A DNA stretch of 51,484 nt, taken from positions 1 through 51,484 of IMG/VR virus record IMGVR_UViG_3300048558_000096. One strand, 5' to 3'. The notes under the pieces were generated by a model. The model saw nothing but the letters and a program-made list of their open reading frames with translations, made no database searches and had not been told where the DNA came from. Position 1 is the stretch's first letter; each line of letters starts with the position of its first letter. Shown here piece after piece: positions 17,811 through 26,536 of the stretch. The stretch is from a virus. Lineage: Duplodnaviria; Caudoviricetes. The position numbers and the translations under genes are program-made.

Positions 17811-18266
17811 ATGAAAGCAGCTTTCTCGATCCCAATGGCAAAAAGCAGTAACAAGAAAGGCCGAGGTTCCGGGCTGTATTTGCTCGGCCTTAATAAATCT
17901 GAAATGCGCATACTCCGGCGAGCTGTCCAGTTCGCCGGGTACCCAAGTTTGTCGAACTGGCTTCAGCGGCAGCGGCGAGCCATTGTCGTCGAGCAGACAA
18001 AGCTGCACGGCGACCTGCTGAAGGCTCTAACGCCGGACGAGGCCGAAATCATTGCCGCAATGCGCGCGACTGGCACGCCGGTCACTGTTGCGCATCTCTC
18101 CGAAGACACGCATTTGACCGAAGCGGCAGCCCTGCGGGTTCTTCGCGACTTAATTGATTCCGGCATCGTTGAACCGTCGCGCCAGTTCAAAATCACGGCC
18201 ACTGCGCGCGGCGCGACGAATCCTGAATATCGCTTGAGTCCAAAATATCAACACATCAAGCCGTAG
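17811..18266 (+). CDS. Winged-helix transcription regulator (late-activator position)
   Basis: LTPDEAEIIAAM..VTVAHLSEDTHLTEAAALRVLRDLIDSGIV wHTH; last gene before the late region. Confidence 0.7.
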   Translation: MKAAFSIPMAKSSNKKGRGSGLYLLGLNKSEMRILRRAVQFAGYPSLSNWLQRQRRAIVVEQTKLHGDLLKALTPDEAEIIAAMRATGTPVTVAHLSEDTHLTEAAALRVLRDLIDSGIVEPSRQFKITATARGATNPEYRLSPKYQHIKP

Positions 18267-18300
18267 CCTTCGCGCAGTTCCAACCAATCCAGCCAACTGG

Positions 18301-18331
18301 CGCAGGCTCGCGAGTGAGGCGTGAGCCTGCG
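18301..18331. terminator. Hairpin closing the early operon
   Basis: CGCAGGCTCGCG/CGTGAGCCTGCG 12-bp stem, no U-tract. Confidence 0.45.
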
Positions 18332-18344
18332 CTGTCCACTCTTC

Positions 18345-18373
18345 CAAAATAAAACCAGCCATCAATCCACAAT
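18345..18373 (+). promoter_or_regulatory. Late-type promoter copy 1
   Basis: CAAAAT-17 bp-CACAAT. Confidence 0.55.
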
Positions 18374-18426
18374 TCCCACGCTGAAGCATAACTGTTTTCT
18401 CATCTCCCCTGGGGAGACTGGTACTC

Positions 18427-18681
18427 ATGACGGAACACGCTCAACTGCGAATGAACAGCACGGACTTTTTTATCTCTTTAACAGCCTGGCTCTCCGGCAC
18501 TGGCCTGGCGCTGCTGATTTCTCCGCAGTTCGTCACGATCGCCACGGTGCTGCTGACGGCGCTGGCGTCAATTGCGGGCCAACTGGTGAAGCCATGGGCG
18601 GAATACTACTTCGAGAAGCGACGCGAGGCTGATCGCAAAAAGCGTCGGTTACGGAGAAGGGATAGCAATGAAGTGGGTTGA
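18427..18681 (+). CDS. Holin-like membrane protein
   Basis: Two hydrophobic segments, very basic C-terminus, two in-frame Met codons (M1/M9). Confidence 0.5.
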   Translation: MTEHAQLRMNSTDFFISLTAWLSGTGLALLISPQFVTIATVLLTALASIAGQLVKPWAEYYFEKRREADRKKRRLRRRDSNEVG

Positions 18682-19009
18682 CCAGTGGCTGGGCAAGAGC
18701 GCGCTGAGCCGCGTCGAAAAGCTGACCGCCGACAAGTTGGACGAAATCGCCCGCGTGAAGCGCGCGCAGTTCGCCGATGAGCTTTCGATTCAGAAGCGGA
18801 TTGACGACGTAGACACCCAGATTGCCGACCTGAAGCGAAAGCGCAAACGAATCGAAGCGGAGCTTGCCACGGCCCGCGAAACCAATCAGCGGCGCACTGA
18901 GCAGCACGAGGCCGAACTGAAAGAGCTTCAGGCCAATGCCGCCGCACTTCAACAAGCAGACGTAACGACCCCCGCAACGAAAACGATGATCTTCCGGGCT
19001 GGTGAGTGA
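18668..19009 (+). CDS. Coiled-coil hypothetical protein
   Basis: Long heptad helix; overlaps the previous gene. Confidence 0.6.
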   Translation: MKWVDQWLGKSALSRVEKLTADKLDEIARVKRAQFADELSIQKRIDDVDTQIADLKRKRKRIEAELATARETNQRRTEQHEAELKELQANAAALQQADVTTPATKTMIFRAGE

Positions 19010-20026
19010 ATGAAAAACGAGATCAAGATTGATTGGACGCTTTGGCTATGGACTGCCGTGCTGGGTCTGATCATGACGTTTTGCGCGGCGGTGGCAACGG
19101 CGCAAACCTGCGTCCCGCCGCTTTACCAGGGCAACGTCAACGCCACGGGCAATTGCGGTTCGCTCACTGTCCGATGGCTGAATCGAAACCAGGTCAAGGA
19201 CATTGACCATTACACAGTTCGCTGGTTGACCGACGGTGTGACCAATACACAGCCCGGCAATGCCGTCGGTGACACTCGGCACGATCTCTATTGCCAGTTC
19301 AGTTCGCATGTCGTCATCACTCAATACCTGAAGAATGGCGCTTCGTGTTCGACGATGAGCACGGGCACAGCCCCGCACACACCTGCCTGTGGTCTTTGCG
19401 GCGGCAATGGAGGCGGTGCGCTGGGCGTAGCCAATGGCGCAAGTTGGGGGCCTTTTCAGACGGAGAATTCAATAGCCGTGCTGGGCACTGAAAGTGATAT
19501 GGTCGGCGGTACGGCTCAGGCTGGCGCGACTCTGCCGTTTTCACTGCTGGGCCTGAAGGTCACTGTCGCCGGCCAGCCTGCTGGTCTGTTCTACGTCTCG
19601 CCTCGCCAGGTCAATTTCTGGATTCCCTATGACGTGCCGCTCGGCATTCAGTCGGTGCGCGTCACTACAGCAGACGGAAGGCAGTTCAATGGATCCGCCA
19701 ATATTCAGGTCGAGACGCCGGCGATCTTCACCGAGACGGCGAACGGGCAGGGTTACGGCAAAGCTACGTGGTACGGCAACGGCTATATGTCGCTTTGGGG
19801 AACCGGTATCAGATCGCCGTGGGTGTCGCTCTATCTGGGTGACGGGCGACGCGTCGAGGCGACCTACAGCGGCCCCGCGCCAGGCTTTTACGGCCTCTGG
19901 CAACTCAACTTCCCGATCAACCGACCCGCGTCGCCGCTCGGCGCATTCGTGCGCTCGTGGGTGAACGAATGCAGGTGCATCGAAGGCGGCGGCTTCCGGG
20001 ACAGTAACGGTTTTGATCTTCACTGA
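19010..20026 (+). CDS. Secreted protein with TIGR03437 (Solibacter C-terminal)-like domain
   Basis: Signal peptide ..AAVATA-Q; motifs LFYVSPRQVNF, PAIFT..GQG, SLWGTG, YSGPAPGFYGLWQLN. Confidence 0.75.
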   Translation: MKNEIKIDWTLWLWTAVLGLIMTFCAAVATAQTCVPPLYQGNVNATGNCGSLTVRWLNRNQVKDIDHYTVRWLTDGVTNTQPGNAVGDTRHDLYCQFSSHVVITQYLKNGASCSTMSTGTAPHTPACGLCGGNGGGALGVANGASWGPFQTENSIAVLGTESDMVGGTAQAGATLPFSLLGLKVTVAGQPAGLFYVSPRQVNFWIPYDVPLGIQSVRVTTADGRQFNGSANIQVETPAIFTETANGQGYGKATWYGNGYMSLWGTGIRSPWVSLYLGDGRRVEATYSGPAPGFYGLWQLNFPINRPASPLGAFVRSWVNECRCIEGGGFRDSNGFDLH

Positions 20027-20229
20027 TGACTGAGAAACAAAAACAACAGGCTATTCAAACCGCGCGCGAGATCGAGGGGCAGCTCCGTCGCGCCGCTTCG
20101 TCCGTCAAGGTCCAAACAATCGCGGAGATGGAAAAGAAGCTGCTCGACCTGGCTGATGCTCAAGCAAATCTCGTCTCGTCGCTCTCGGCCTGCGAACCCA
20201 TTGGCGGAGATGAAATCGAGGTCGAATGA
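20026..20229 (+). CDS. Hypothetical protein
   Basis: TGATG coupling with the previous gene. Confidence 0.5.
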   Translation: MTEKQKQQAIQTAREIEGQLRRAASSVKVQTIAEMEKKLLDLADAQANLVSSLSACEPIGGDEIEVE

Positions 20230-20326
20230 TTTACGCATACGCCGCAATCTGGGCTGGCCTTGTCTCGCTGCTGTGTGTGGCGCTGGCCGGTCGAACCTAT
20301 CAATCGAAACAAGAAAAGGACACCAA

Positions 20327-20554
20327 ATGGATAAAGAAACGATTGCTTTAATCATCGCGCAAAACGGGCTTGGCACTGCGAGCACTCTGCTTGCGGCGAA
20401 GTCCGCAAAGCTGAAAAAGCAACTCGACAAAGAAGGGGACGACGTGAAGAGGGCGGCACTGGAGAAGAAGATCACGAAAGCCGAGCACCTCTCGACTGCG
20501 CTCCGAATCGCCAATGAAGGCATCGTCGAGTACCAAGTCGCGATTGCCGAGTAA
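20327..20554 (+). CDS. Hypothetical protein
   Basis: AAAGGA RBS before ATG 20327. Confidence 0.55.
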   Translation: MDKETIALIIAQNGLGTASTLLAAKSAKLKKQLDKEGDDVKRAALEKKITKAEHLSTALRIANEGIVEYQVAIAE

Positions 20555-20693
20555 TCCATCTCTGGCCGCTTGTTGGCTTCGTGTTCGAGGTCGGGGGTGA
20601 CGCTCAACCGAACGATGGGCGGCCAGACTAATTTGACTGCTGGCGTTCTTATGAAGAAAGTGCGACATGTAGGCCGCAGTCGCAAGCCCCGCC

Positions 20694-20722
20694 GCAAATA
20701 ATCCCACCAAACTCTTTATCCT
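20694..20722 (+). promoter_or_regulatory. Late-type promoter copy 2 (leaderless terS)
   Basis: GCAAAT-17 bp-TATCCT-6 nt-GTG, no Shine-Dalgarno. Confidence 0.6.
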
Positions 20723-20728
20723 GATCTC

Positions 20729-21328
20729 GTGAAGAAGAAGTCTCCCTCAAAAAAATCGGCAAAGAAAGCCGCGAAAAAGGCGGTGCGCAAGGCTGCGCCA
20801 AAAACGAGTCAAAACGAGTCAAAATTTCAATGGGACGAGCAGCGATGCAAGGCTGCTCAGCAAGTGGCGGAAGGTCAATCAACGGAGCATCAAATTGCTG
20901 AAGGTTTAGGTGTTGGTCGTGCCACGATTGAACGCTGGAAAGCTCACGTAGAGTTTCAGGCGCGCGTAAAAGAGATTGTTGACGAAACTGCCGCTGCACT
21001 GAAAAAGCAGGGCATTCGAATCAAAGAAACCCGTCTTGCAAAGCTTGATCGAATGGTTCGGCGCATTGAATCCGTTATTGCTGGTCGCGCGGAAGATATG
21101 CCCGAAGCGCCAGGCGGCAAGTCCGGGTTGCTGGCCAGAGACTACAAAGGCAAGGACGCCGACCGAACTGTTTACAAGTTCGACGCGCCGATGGTGAAAG
21201 AGTACCGCGAGTGCCTGAAACAAGCCGCCATTGAACTTGGCGAGTGGACTGAAAAACGAGAGCACACCATCGAAGACGTGACGCCCATCAAGACTATTGA
21301 GGCAGTGAAACCTAATGGCACTGCTTGA
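20729..21328 (+). CDS. terS: Terminase small subunit
   Basis: HTH IAEGLGVGRATIERWK; ELGEW tail; directly upstream of TerL. Confidence 0.75.
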   Translation: MKKKSPSKKSAKKAAKKAVRKAAPKTSQNESKFQWDEQRCKAAQQVAEGQSTEHQIAEGLGVGRATIERWKAHVEFQARVKEIVDETAAALKKQGIRIKETRLAKLDRMVRRIESVIAGRAEDMPEAPGGKSGLLARDYKGKDADRTVYKFDAPMVKEYRECLKQAAIELGEWTEKREHTIEDVTPIKTIEAVKPNGTA

Positions 21329-22622
21329 CGTGTCCGGCGATAAAGTTCGGCTCAATTTTCACGCTGGCCAGTGGAAGGCTTGGGAGAGCGAGAAGCGCTT
21401 TGTTGCCGTCCTGTCTGGCACGCAAGGCGGAAAAACGTCATTCGGGCCGCTGTGGCTTTACCGAGAAATTCAGCGGCGCGGCCCCGGCGATTACCTGATC
21501 GTCACGCCGACCTTCACGCTGCTCGAGCTGAAAGCCCTGCCGGAATTCCGTCACTACTTTGAAGCACTGCTTCAGCTTGGCCGCTACGTCTCCTCGCCGT
21601 CGAAGTCCTTTACCTTTTCCGAGAATGGAGCATTTCGCACCTTTGGACGAAAGCCGGAACAGCCGACGCGCGTGCTGTTCGGCTATGCCGCGGATCCCGA
21701 ATCGCTCGAATCCGCGACCGCGAAAGCCGCCTGGCTCGATGAAGCCGGGCAAAAGAAATTCAAGCTGGCCAGTTGGGATGCGATCTTGCGACGGTTGTCG
21801 CTGGCACAAGGTCGTGTGCTGATCACGACCACGCCGTATGATCTGGGGTGGCTCAAGCAACGGATTTGGGATCGCTGGAAAGCGAAAGACGAAACGATTG
21901 ATGTAATTCGGTTCGACTCGACGGAAAATCCGATCTTTCCGCCCGAAGAATTCGAGCGTGCGCGGCGAGATTTGCCCGGCTGGAAGTTCGATATGTTTTA
22001 CCGGGCGATCTTCACGCGGCCAGCGGGATTGATCTATGACAGTTTTGACGAGACTCAGCACAAATGCCCGCGCTTTACGATTTCAATGGACTGGCCGCGG
22101 TATCTAGGCCTCGACTTCGGCGGCGTCAACACAGCGGGCCTGTTCTATGCCAAAGACCCGAAAAGCGACCCGCCAAAGTATTACCTTTACCGAGAATACA
22201 AAGCGGGCGGACGGTCAGCGGTTGAACACGTGAAGCACTTACTTGAAGGCGAGCCAGGCATCCCGTTCGCTGTCGGCGGCTCGAAATCAGAAGACCAATG
22301 GAGAAGGGAATTTGCCGCGGGTGGGAAGGTTGCTGGCCAGGACGTGCCCGGTCTGCCGATCCGAGGGCCAGAATTTGCCGACGTGGAGGTCGGGATTGAT
22401 CGCGTGTACGGCGCACACAAGCGCGGGCAGATTGTCGCGTTTGATGACCTGCCGGGTTATTTAGAGCAGAAGCAGACCTACGCGCGGGAACTCGACAAGA
22501 ACGGCGAGCCGACTGAGAAGATTGAAGACAAAGAGACGTTCCACTTTATGGACGCGGAGCGATACATCGTTGGGTATTTGATGCACCATCAGGAATTTCA
22601 GCAGGACGAATGGCTGCGCTGA
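21315..22622 (+). CDS. terL: Terminase large subunit
   Basis: FHAGQ, Walker A GTQGGKT, Walker B WLDEAG, TTTP, nuclease GLDFG and HFMDAERY. Confidence 0.93.
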   Translation: MALLDVSGDKVRLNFHAGQWKAWESEKRFVAVLSGTQGGKTSFGPLWLYREIQRRGPGDYLIVTPTFTLLELKALPEFRHYFEALLQLGRYVSSPSKSFTFSENGAFRTFGRKPEQPTRVLFGYAADPESLESATAKAAWLDEAGQKKFKLASWDAILRRLSLAQGRVLITTTPYDLGWLKQRIWDRWKAKDETIDVIRFDSTENPIFPPEEFERARRDLPGWKFDMFYRAIFTRPAGLIYDSFDETQHKCPRFTISMDWPRYLGLDFGGVNTAGLFYAKDPKSDPPKYYLYREYKAGGRSAVEHVKHLLEGEPGIPFAVGGSKSEDQWRREFAAGGKVAGQDVPGLPIRGPEFADVEVGIDRVYGAHKRGQIVAFDDLPGYLEQKQTYARELDKNGEPTEKIEDKETFHFMDAERYIVGYLMHHQEFQQDEWLR

Positions 22623-22649
22623 AAATAAATCCAACCCTTCGGCCAAACT
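22621..22649 (+). promoter_or_regulatory. Late-type promoter copy 3 (leaderless portal)
   Basis: GAAAAT-17 bp-CAAACT-6 nt-GTG, no Shine-Dalgarno. Confidence 0.55.
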
Positions 22650-22655
22650 CCCGCC

Positions 22656-24164
22656 GTGGCCGACGATAAGAAAAACCAACCAGATTACGTTTGCGCTGCC
22701 GCTGCCGAGCAGTTGCCCGATCTGCAGATCGTACGTGACATCAGCGGCGGGACGCGCCATCTCCGTTATTGCAAACAGGCCAGCGTCTACCTGCCACGTG
22801 AGCCAAAAGAGCAGGATGCCGCCTACGCGATACGCCGAAGCCGCGCGGCGCTGTTTAATGCTTATGAGCGCGCCGTTCACGGACTGGTCGGAATGGTCTT
22901 TCGCAACGAACCGGAGTTGAGCGAAGACGTGCCGGAAGTGATGCGCGGGCGAAAGCCGGTCAAGGGTGATGCCGCTGCAGGAACCGCCGTGCAAGATGCC
23001 ATAGAAGGCCAGCTTGAGAATTGCGACCTCGCCGGAACGCATTGGGCAGTCTTCGCAAAGGACCTCTTCACTGACGCCTTTGAAGGGCACGCGTTTCTAT
23101 ACGTGGACATGCCGCCGAAGCTGCCCGACGGCGCAACATTAGCAGATGAACGCAACGCCGGCAGACGCCCGTATTTCGTCAAATACAAGAAAGACCAGGC
23201 CGTCAATTGGCGACTCGATGACCGGGGCCGACTTCAACAGATCACCTTTGAAGAGTGCTCAATGGAGCCGGACGGCGAATATGGCGAACAGGAAGTGAAG
23301 CGGTATCGCGTTCTCAAACCCGGGAGCTGGAAACTCTTTAAGAAGATCAAAAACGATAAGGGCGAAGAGTCTGTTGTTCCTGATCCTGACAACCCGGGTG
23401 GTGAAACCAGTCTGAAGGAGATCCCGGTTTCGATCTGCTACACCAAGAAAATCAAGCCGCTCATCAGCCGTCCGGCGCTGCTCGATCTAGCCGTCATCAA
23501 CCTGCTGCATTACGCCGAAGGCTCGGACTATCGCACATATCTGCACATCGCCAGCCGCCCGATTCTTTGGTTTCGGGGCCGCGACAAAGCCAAGAAGATT
23601 GAGCCGATTGGACCATATACGTTCTTCGACGTGGACGGAGAGAAGGGCAATGTTGACTTCGCTGAAACGAGCGGCGCGGCGCTCGACGCCGCTCGTAACG
23701 ATCTGAAAGACCTGGAAGAGCAGATGTCTGTACTCGGTCTTTCGATGTTGAAGCAGAAGACTGCGCAGAAAACCGCCACAGAGGAAGAAGGCGACCAGGT
23801 GCGCGAGTTGTCGGAACTGGCGACAGCGGCTCAATCTCTGCACGACTGTTTTGAGCAAGGATTTGGATGGATGGCCCAATATCAAGGCTTGCCGTCCGGC
23901 GGTTCAGTCAGCCTAGGTGTGAGTGATGCGGATTTGGTTCTGACCGAACAGCAGATGAACGCCTATGGGAGCCTGGCCGGAACCGTGCTCAGCAAACAGA
24001 CCGTGCGCGAAATTCTGAAGGAGCGCGGGGCGCTGCCGGAAGCGTTCACCGAGCAGGAAGAGAAGAAACGGCTCGAAGCCGAAGGTGCTGAAGATTCCGC
24101 CAAACAGAAGGAGCGCTTTGATCAGCAGATGCGCAGTCTCGACCGTGGCGGCTTTGGAGGGTAA
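22656..24164 (+). CDS. Portal protein (DUF4055-like)
   Basis: YLPREPKE..Y..R..A.LFN, PALLDLAVINLLHY, KTATE motifs; follows TerL. Confidence 0.88.
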   Translation: MADDKKNQPDYVCAAAAEQLPDLQIVRDISGGTRHLRYCKQASVYLPREPKEQDAAYAIRRSRAALFNAYERAVHGLVGMVFRNEPELSEDVPEVMRGRKPVKGDAAAGTAVQDAIEGQLENCDLAGTHWAVFAKDLFTDAFEGHAFLYVDMPPKLPDGATLADERNAGRRPYFVKYKKDQAVNWRLDDRGRLQQITFEECSMEPDGEYGEQEVKRYRVLKPGSWKLFKKIKNDKGEESVVPDPDNPGGETSLKEIPVSICYTKKIKPLISRPALLDLAVINLLHYAEGSDYRTYLHIASRPILWFRGRDKAKKIEPIGPYTFFDVDGEKGNVDFAETSGAALDAARNDLKDLEEQMSVLGLSMLKQKTAQKTATEEEGDQVRELSELATAAQSLHDCFEQGFGWMAQYQGLPSGGSVSLGVSDADLVLTEQQMNAYGSLAGTVLSKQTVREILKERGALPEAFTEQEEKKRLEAEGAEDSAKQKERFDQQMRSLDRGGFGG

Positions 24165-24167
24165 GTC

Positions 24168-26021
24168 GTGCCCTCCGTTTACGAAATCTCCCAAGCTTTC
24201 CGGGCGGCACTGCTTCAGCGCGATCGCACTGCAGCCGCTCGTCTCATCTCCGCTTACGGCGTCAGTTTTCAGCGCCTGCAAGATTCCCTCGCTCGACTCA
24301 CCAAACAAATCGAAGACGCCCGTTCCCGCGGCGAAGACGTCACCGAGGCCTGGCTGTACCGGCAGGCGCGATTCCGCGAGCTGCTCGACCAGGCGAGCAG
24401 GGAAATGCTCGCACTCGGCAAGTACTCGGATGGCTTGATCAGTGAAGCGCAGCGCACTGAGATCGAGCGCGGCTTGCGGGATTCGGCCAACCTGATGGAG
24501 ACGGCGGCAAACGAGGCCAGCATCAACGCCAGTTTCAACCGCGTGCCGACGTCGGCCGTCGAATCCGTGGTTGGCCATCTGGGCGATGGTTCTCCATTGC
24601 GCGGGGTGTTGAACCGTTATGGCGCCGAAGGGGCGAAGCGGATCGAGCAGGAACTGATGGCGGGACTGGTGGCCGGGGAAGGTCTGGCCAAGGTGGCGCG
24701 CCGGCTTCGTGACGTGGAGGAGCTTAGCCGGGCGAAGGCGATGTCTATCCTTCGCACTGAATCACTCAGGGCATATCGCGAAGCAAGCAGAAAAACGTAT
24801 CAGAAGAATGACGACCTGTTGAGCGGATGGCGTTGGATCAGTGCCAAGCAATCCCGAACCTGTCTGGCGTGTCTCGCCTTAGATAACACCTTCTTTCCGC
24901 TCGACAAACCAATGCCCAGCCATCCTAACTGTAGATGCGTGATGGTGCCAGAAATCAAAGGCGAACCTCCCCGCCAGCGCGAAACCGCCGCTGAGTGGTT
25001 CGCCAAGCAGCCGGATTCCGTAAAGCGCGAGTCCATGACCGATGACGAACTGGAAGCCTTCAACGCCGGGCGCGTTACGCTCCGTGACTTCGTTGGACGC
25101 ACGGATTCCGAAAAGTGGGGGCCCAGCTATCATCAGCTCAGCCTGAAGCAAGCGCTCGCCGGGAAAGGGAAGTTTCCGAGCAGCCAGCCGCCAGCGGTTA
25201 CGCCGAAGCCGGTGTCTGTGCCACCTGCACGCCCGACGCTGACCGGCGCAGAGGCGCGCAAGCAGCTTCTTGATCTGCGCGCCCAATATGGCCCAGCGGA
25301 TCGAAAGGCTGTTCTCGACATGGATGAGCGCGCGCGCGTGGCTGAGCGTGCCGTGCGCCAGGCTGAAAACGAAGTCGAGAAACAGGCGGCGGTCACCGAG
25401 AGAAATCGGATTTACCGAGAGAACAAGCAGCAGCAGGATTCGCTTCAGGAAAAATACCGGGTGCTGCTTTACCAGGATGAAGAGACACAGATCGAGGCGA
25501 CATGGGGACACGACTTCCCGAACCGCTCCGAACTGGAAACGGGAGTTGCCGCCTTCCAGAAACTGATCGGCAAGAAAACTTTTGATCGGGGCGCGGAAGT
25601 AGAGATTCATTTTGCAAAGAATGGCCGTGCTTACTTCGTGCCTCAATCGAGGAAGGTCTTCCTGCATCACGGAAGTGACGCTTCGAAGGTCGCGCACGAA
25701 TTTGGCCACTGGCTTGAGGATAACCACGCGGGCATCTTCAATGATATTAGCCTCTTTCTTCAGCGCCGGACGCTTGGCGAAAAAGCAGTGAAGCTTCGCG
25801 ATCTAGTTGGCGACAGCTACCAAGACCACGAAATCACGCGGCCCGATAAATTCCTTGATCCGTACATCGGCAGGGTGTATGAAGATAAGGACGGAAAGCG
25901 ATACGCCTCCGAAGTTCTGGCTGTGGGGCTGGAATACTTTTACAAAGCACCGGGCGTGCTGGCGTTGAAAGACCCGGATATGTTCGATTTCATTTACGAT
26001 CTACTGAGAAAACATCAATGA
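24168..26021 (+). CDS. MuF (Mu gpF-like) minor head protein with C-terminal zincin extension
   Basis: RTESLRAY, RTCLAC, HPNCRC MuF motifs; extension with HEFGH (25695-25709) and EVLA. Confidence 0.85.
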   Translation: MPSVYEISQAFRAALLQRDRTAAARLISAYGVSFQRLQDSLARLTKQIEDARSRGEDVTEAWLYRQARFRELLDQASREMLALGKYSDGLISEAQRTEIERGLRDSANLMETAANEASINASFNRVPTSAVESVVGHLGDGSPLRGVLNRYGAEGAKRIEQELMAGLVAGEGLAKVARRLRDVEELSRAKAMSILRTESLRAYREASRKTYQKNDDLLSGWRWISAKQSRTCLACLALDNTFFPLDKPMPSHPNCRCVMVPEIKGEPPRQRETAAEWFAKQPDSVKRESMTDDELEAFNAGRVTLRDFVGRTDSEKWGPSYHQLSLKQALAGKGKFPSSQPPAVTPKPVSVPPARPTLTGAEARKQLLDLRAQYGPADRKAVLDMDERARVAERAVRQAENEVEKQAAVTERNRIYRENKQQQDSLQEKYRVLLYQDEETQIEATWGHDFPNRSELETGVAAFQKLIGKKTFDRGAEVEIHFAKNGRAYFVPQSRKVFLHHGSDASKVAHEFGHWLEDNHAGIFNDISLFLQRRTLGEKAVKLRDLVGDSYQDHEITRPDKFLDPYIGRVYEDKDGKRYASEVLAVGLEYFYKAPGVLALKDPDMFDFIYDLLRKHQ

Positions 26022-26269
26022 GCGTGAAGCTGAAAATCCTGGATGCGGTATTGACGATTGACGACAGCTTGCATGTCGCAGCGGAAGACACTGACCTTGC
26101 CGCCTTCGCGCAGGCAATTGAGCTTGGAGCGAACGAACTGCAAGGATTTACTTCTGAAGCCGATCAGGCCAAACACGTCGCCAAGCGACTGATCGAACGC
26201 CACGGCGGCGAGATTCTTTCCGAGACAGAGCCGCTTTGGATGAATGATCCGATTGAACGGATTTACTAG
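26018..26269 (+). CDS. Small acidic protein, candidate MuF-toxin immunity
   Basis: ATGA-coupled to the MuF gene. Confidence 0.5.
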   Translation: MSVKLKILDAVLTIDDSLHVAAEDTDLAAFAQAIELGANELQGFTSEADQAKHVAKRLIERHGGEILSETEPLWMNDPIERIY

Positions 26270-26274
26270 CCCGC

Positions 26275-26303
26275 CAAAATAATCTCCCGCCATCATCTAC
26301 CCT
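26275..26303 (+). promoter_or_regulatory. Late-type promoter copy 4
   Basis: CAAAAT-17 bp-TACCCT-9 nt-ATG. Confidence 0.55.
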
Positions 26304-26312
26304 CTGGCCTCG

Positions 26313-26534
26313 ATGGCGACCGATACCACAATCCATAAAGACCGACTGGAAGCGATTCAAGCTGCGCTGGCCATCTCGGATTACGGCGACACGATCACCG
26401 TGCATCGTCACGCCGACGGCGACGACACGCCACATAAAAACACGTGGAATTGCTGGTGCAGCCCGGTCGTTGTCGAAAAGCGGCTCGGATTGACTGCCGC
26501 ACAGATCGCAAAACAAGCCCAAGTGAGATGGTAA
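26313..26534 (+). CDS. Small His/Cys protein
   Basis: H..H..CWCSP motif. Confidence 0.55.
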   Translation: MATDTTIHKDRLEAIQAALAISDYGDTITVHRHADGDDTPHKNTWNCWCSPVVVEKRLGLTAAQIAKQAQVRW

Positions 26535-26536
26535 TA

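Noticed and set aside
26444-26536. Longer N-terminus for the fibre-like ORF as given in the ORF track
   Set aside because: It overlaps the preceding gene; ATG 26537 follows its stop and gives a clean signal peptide
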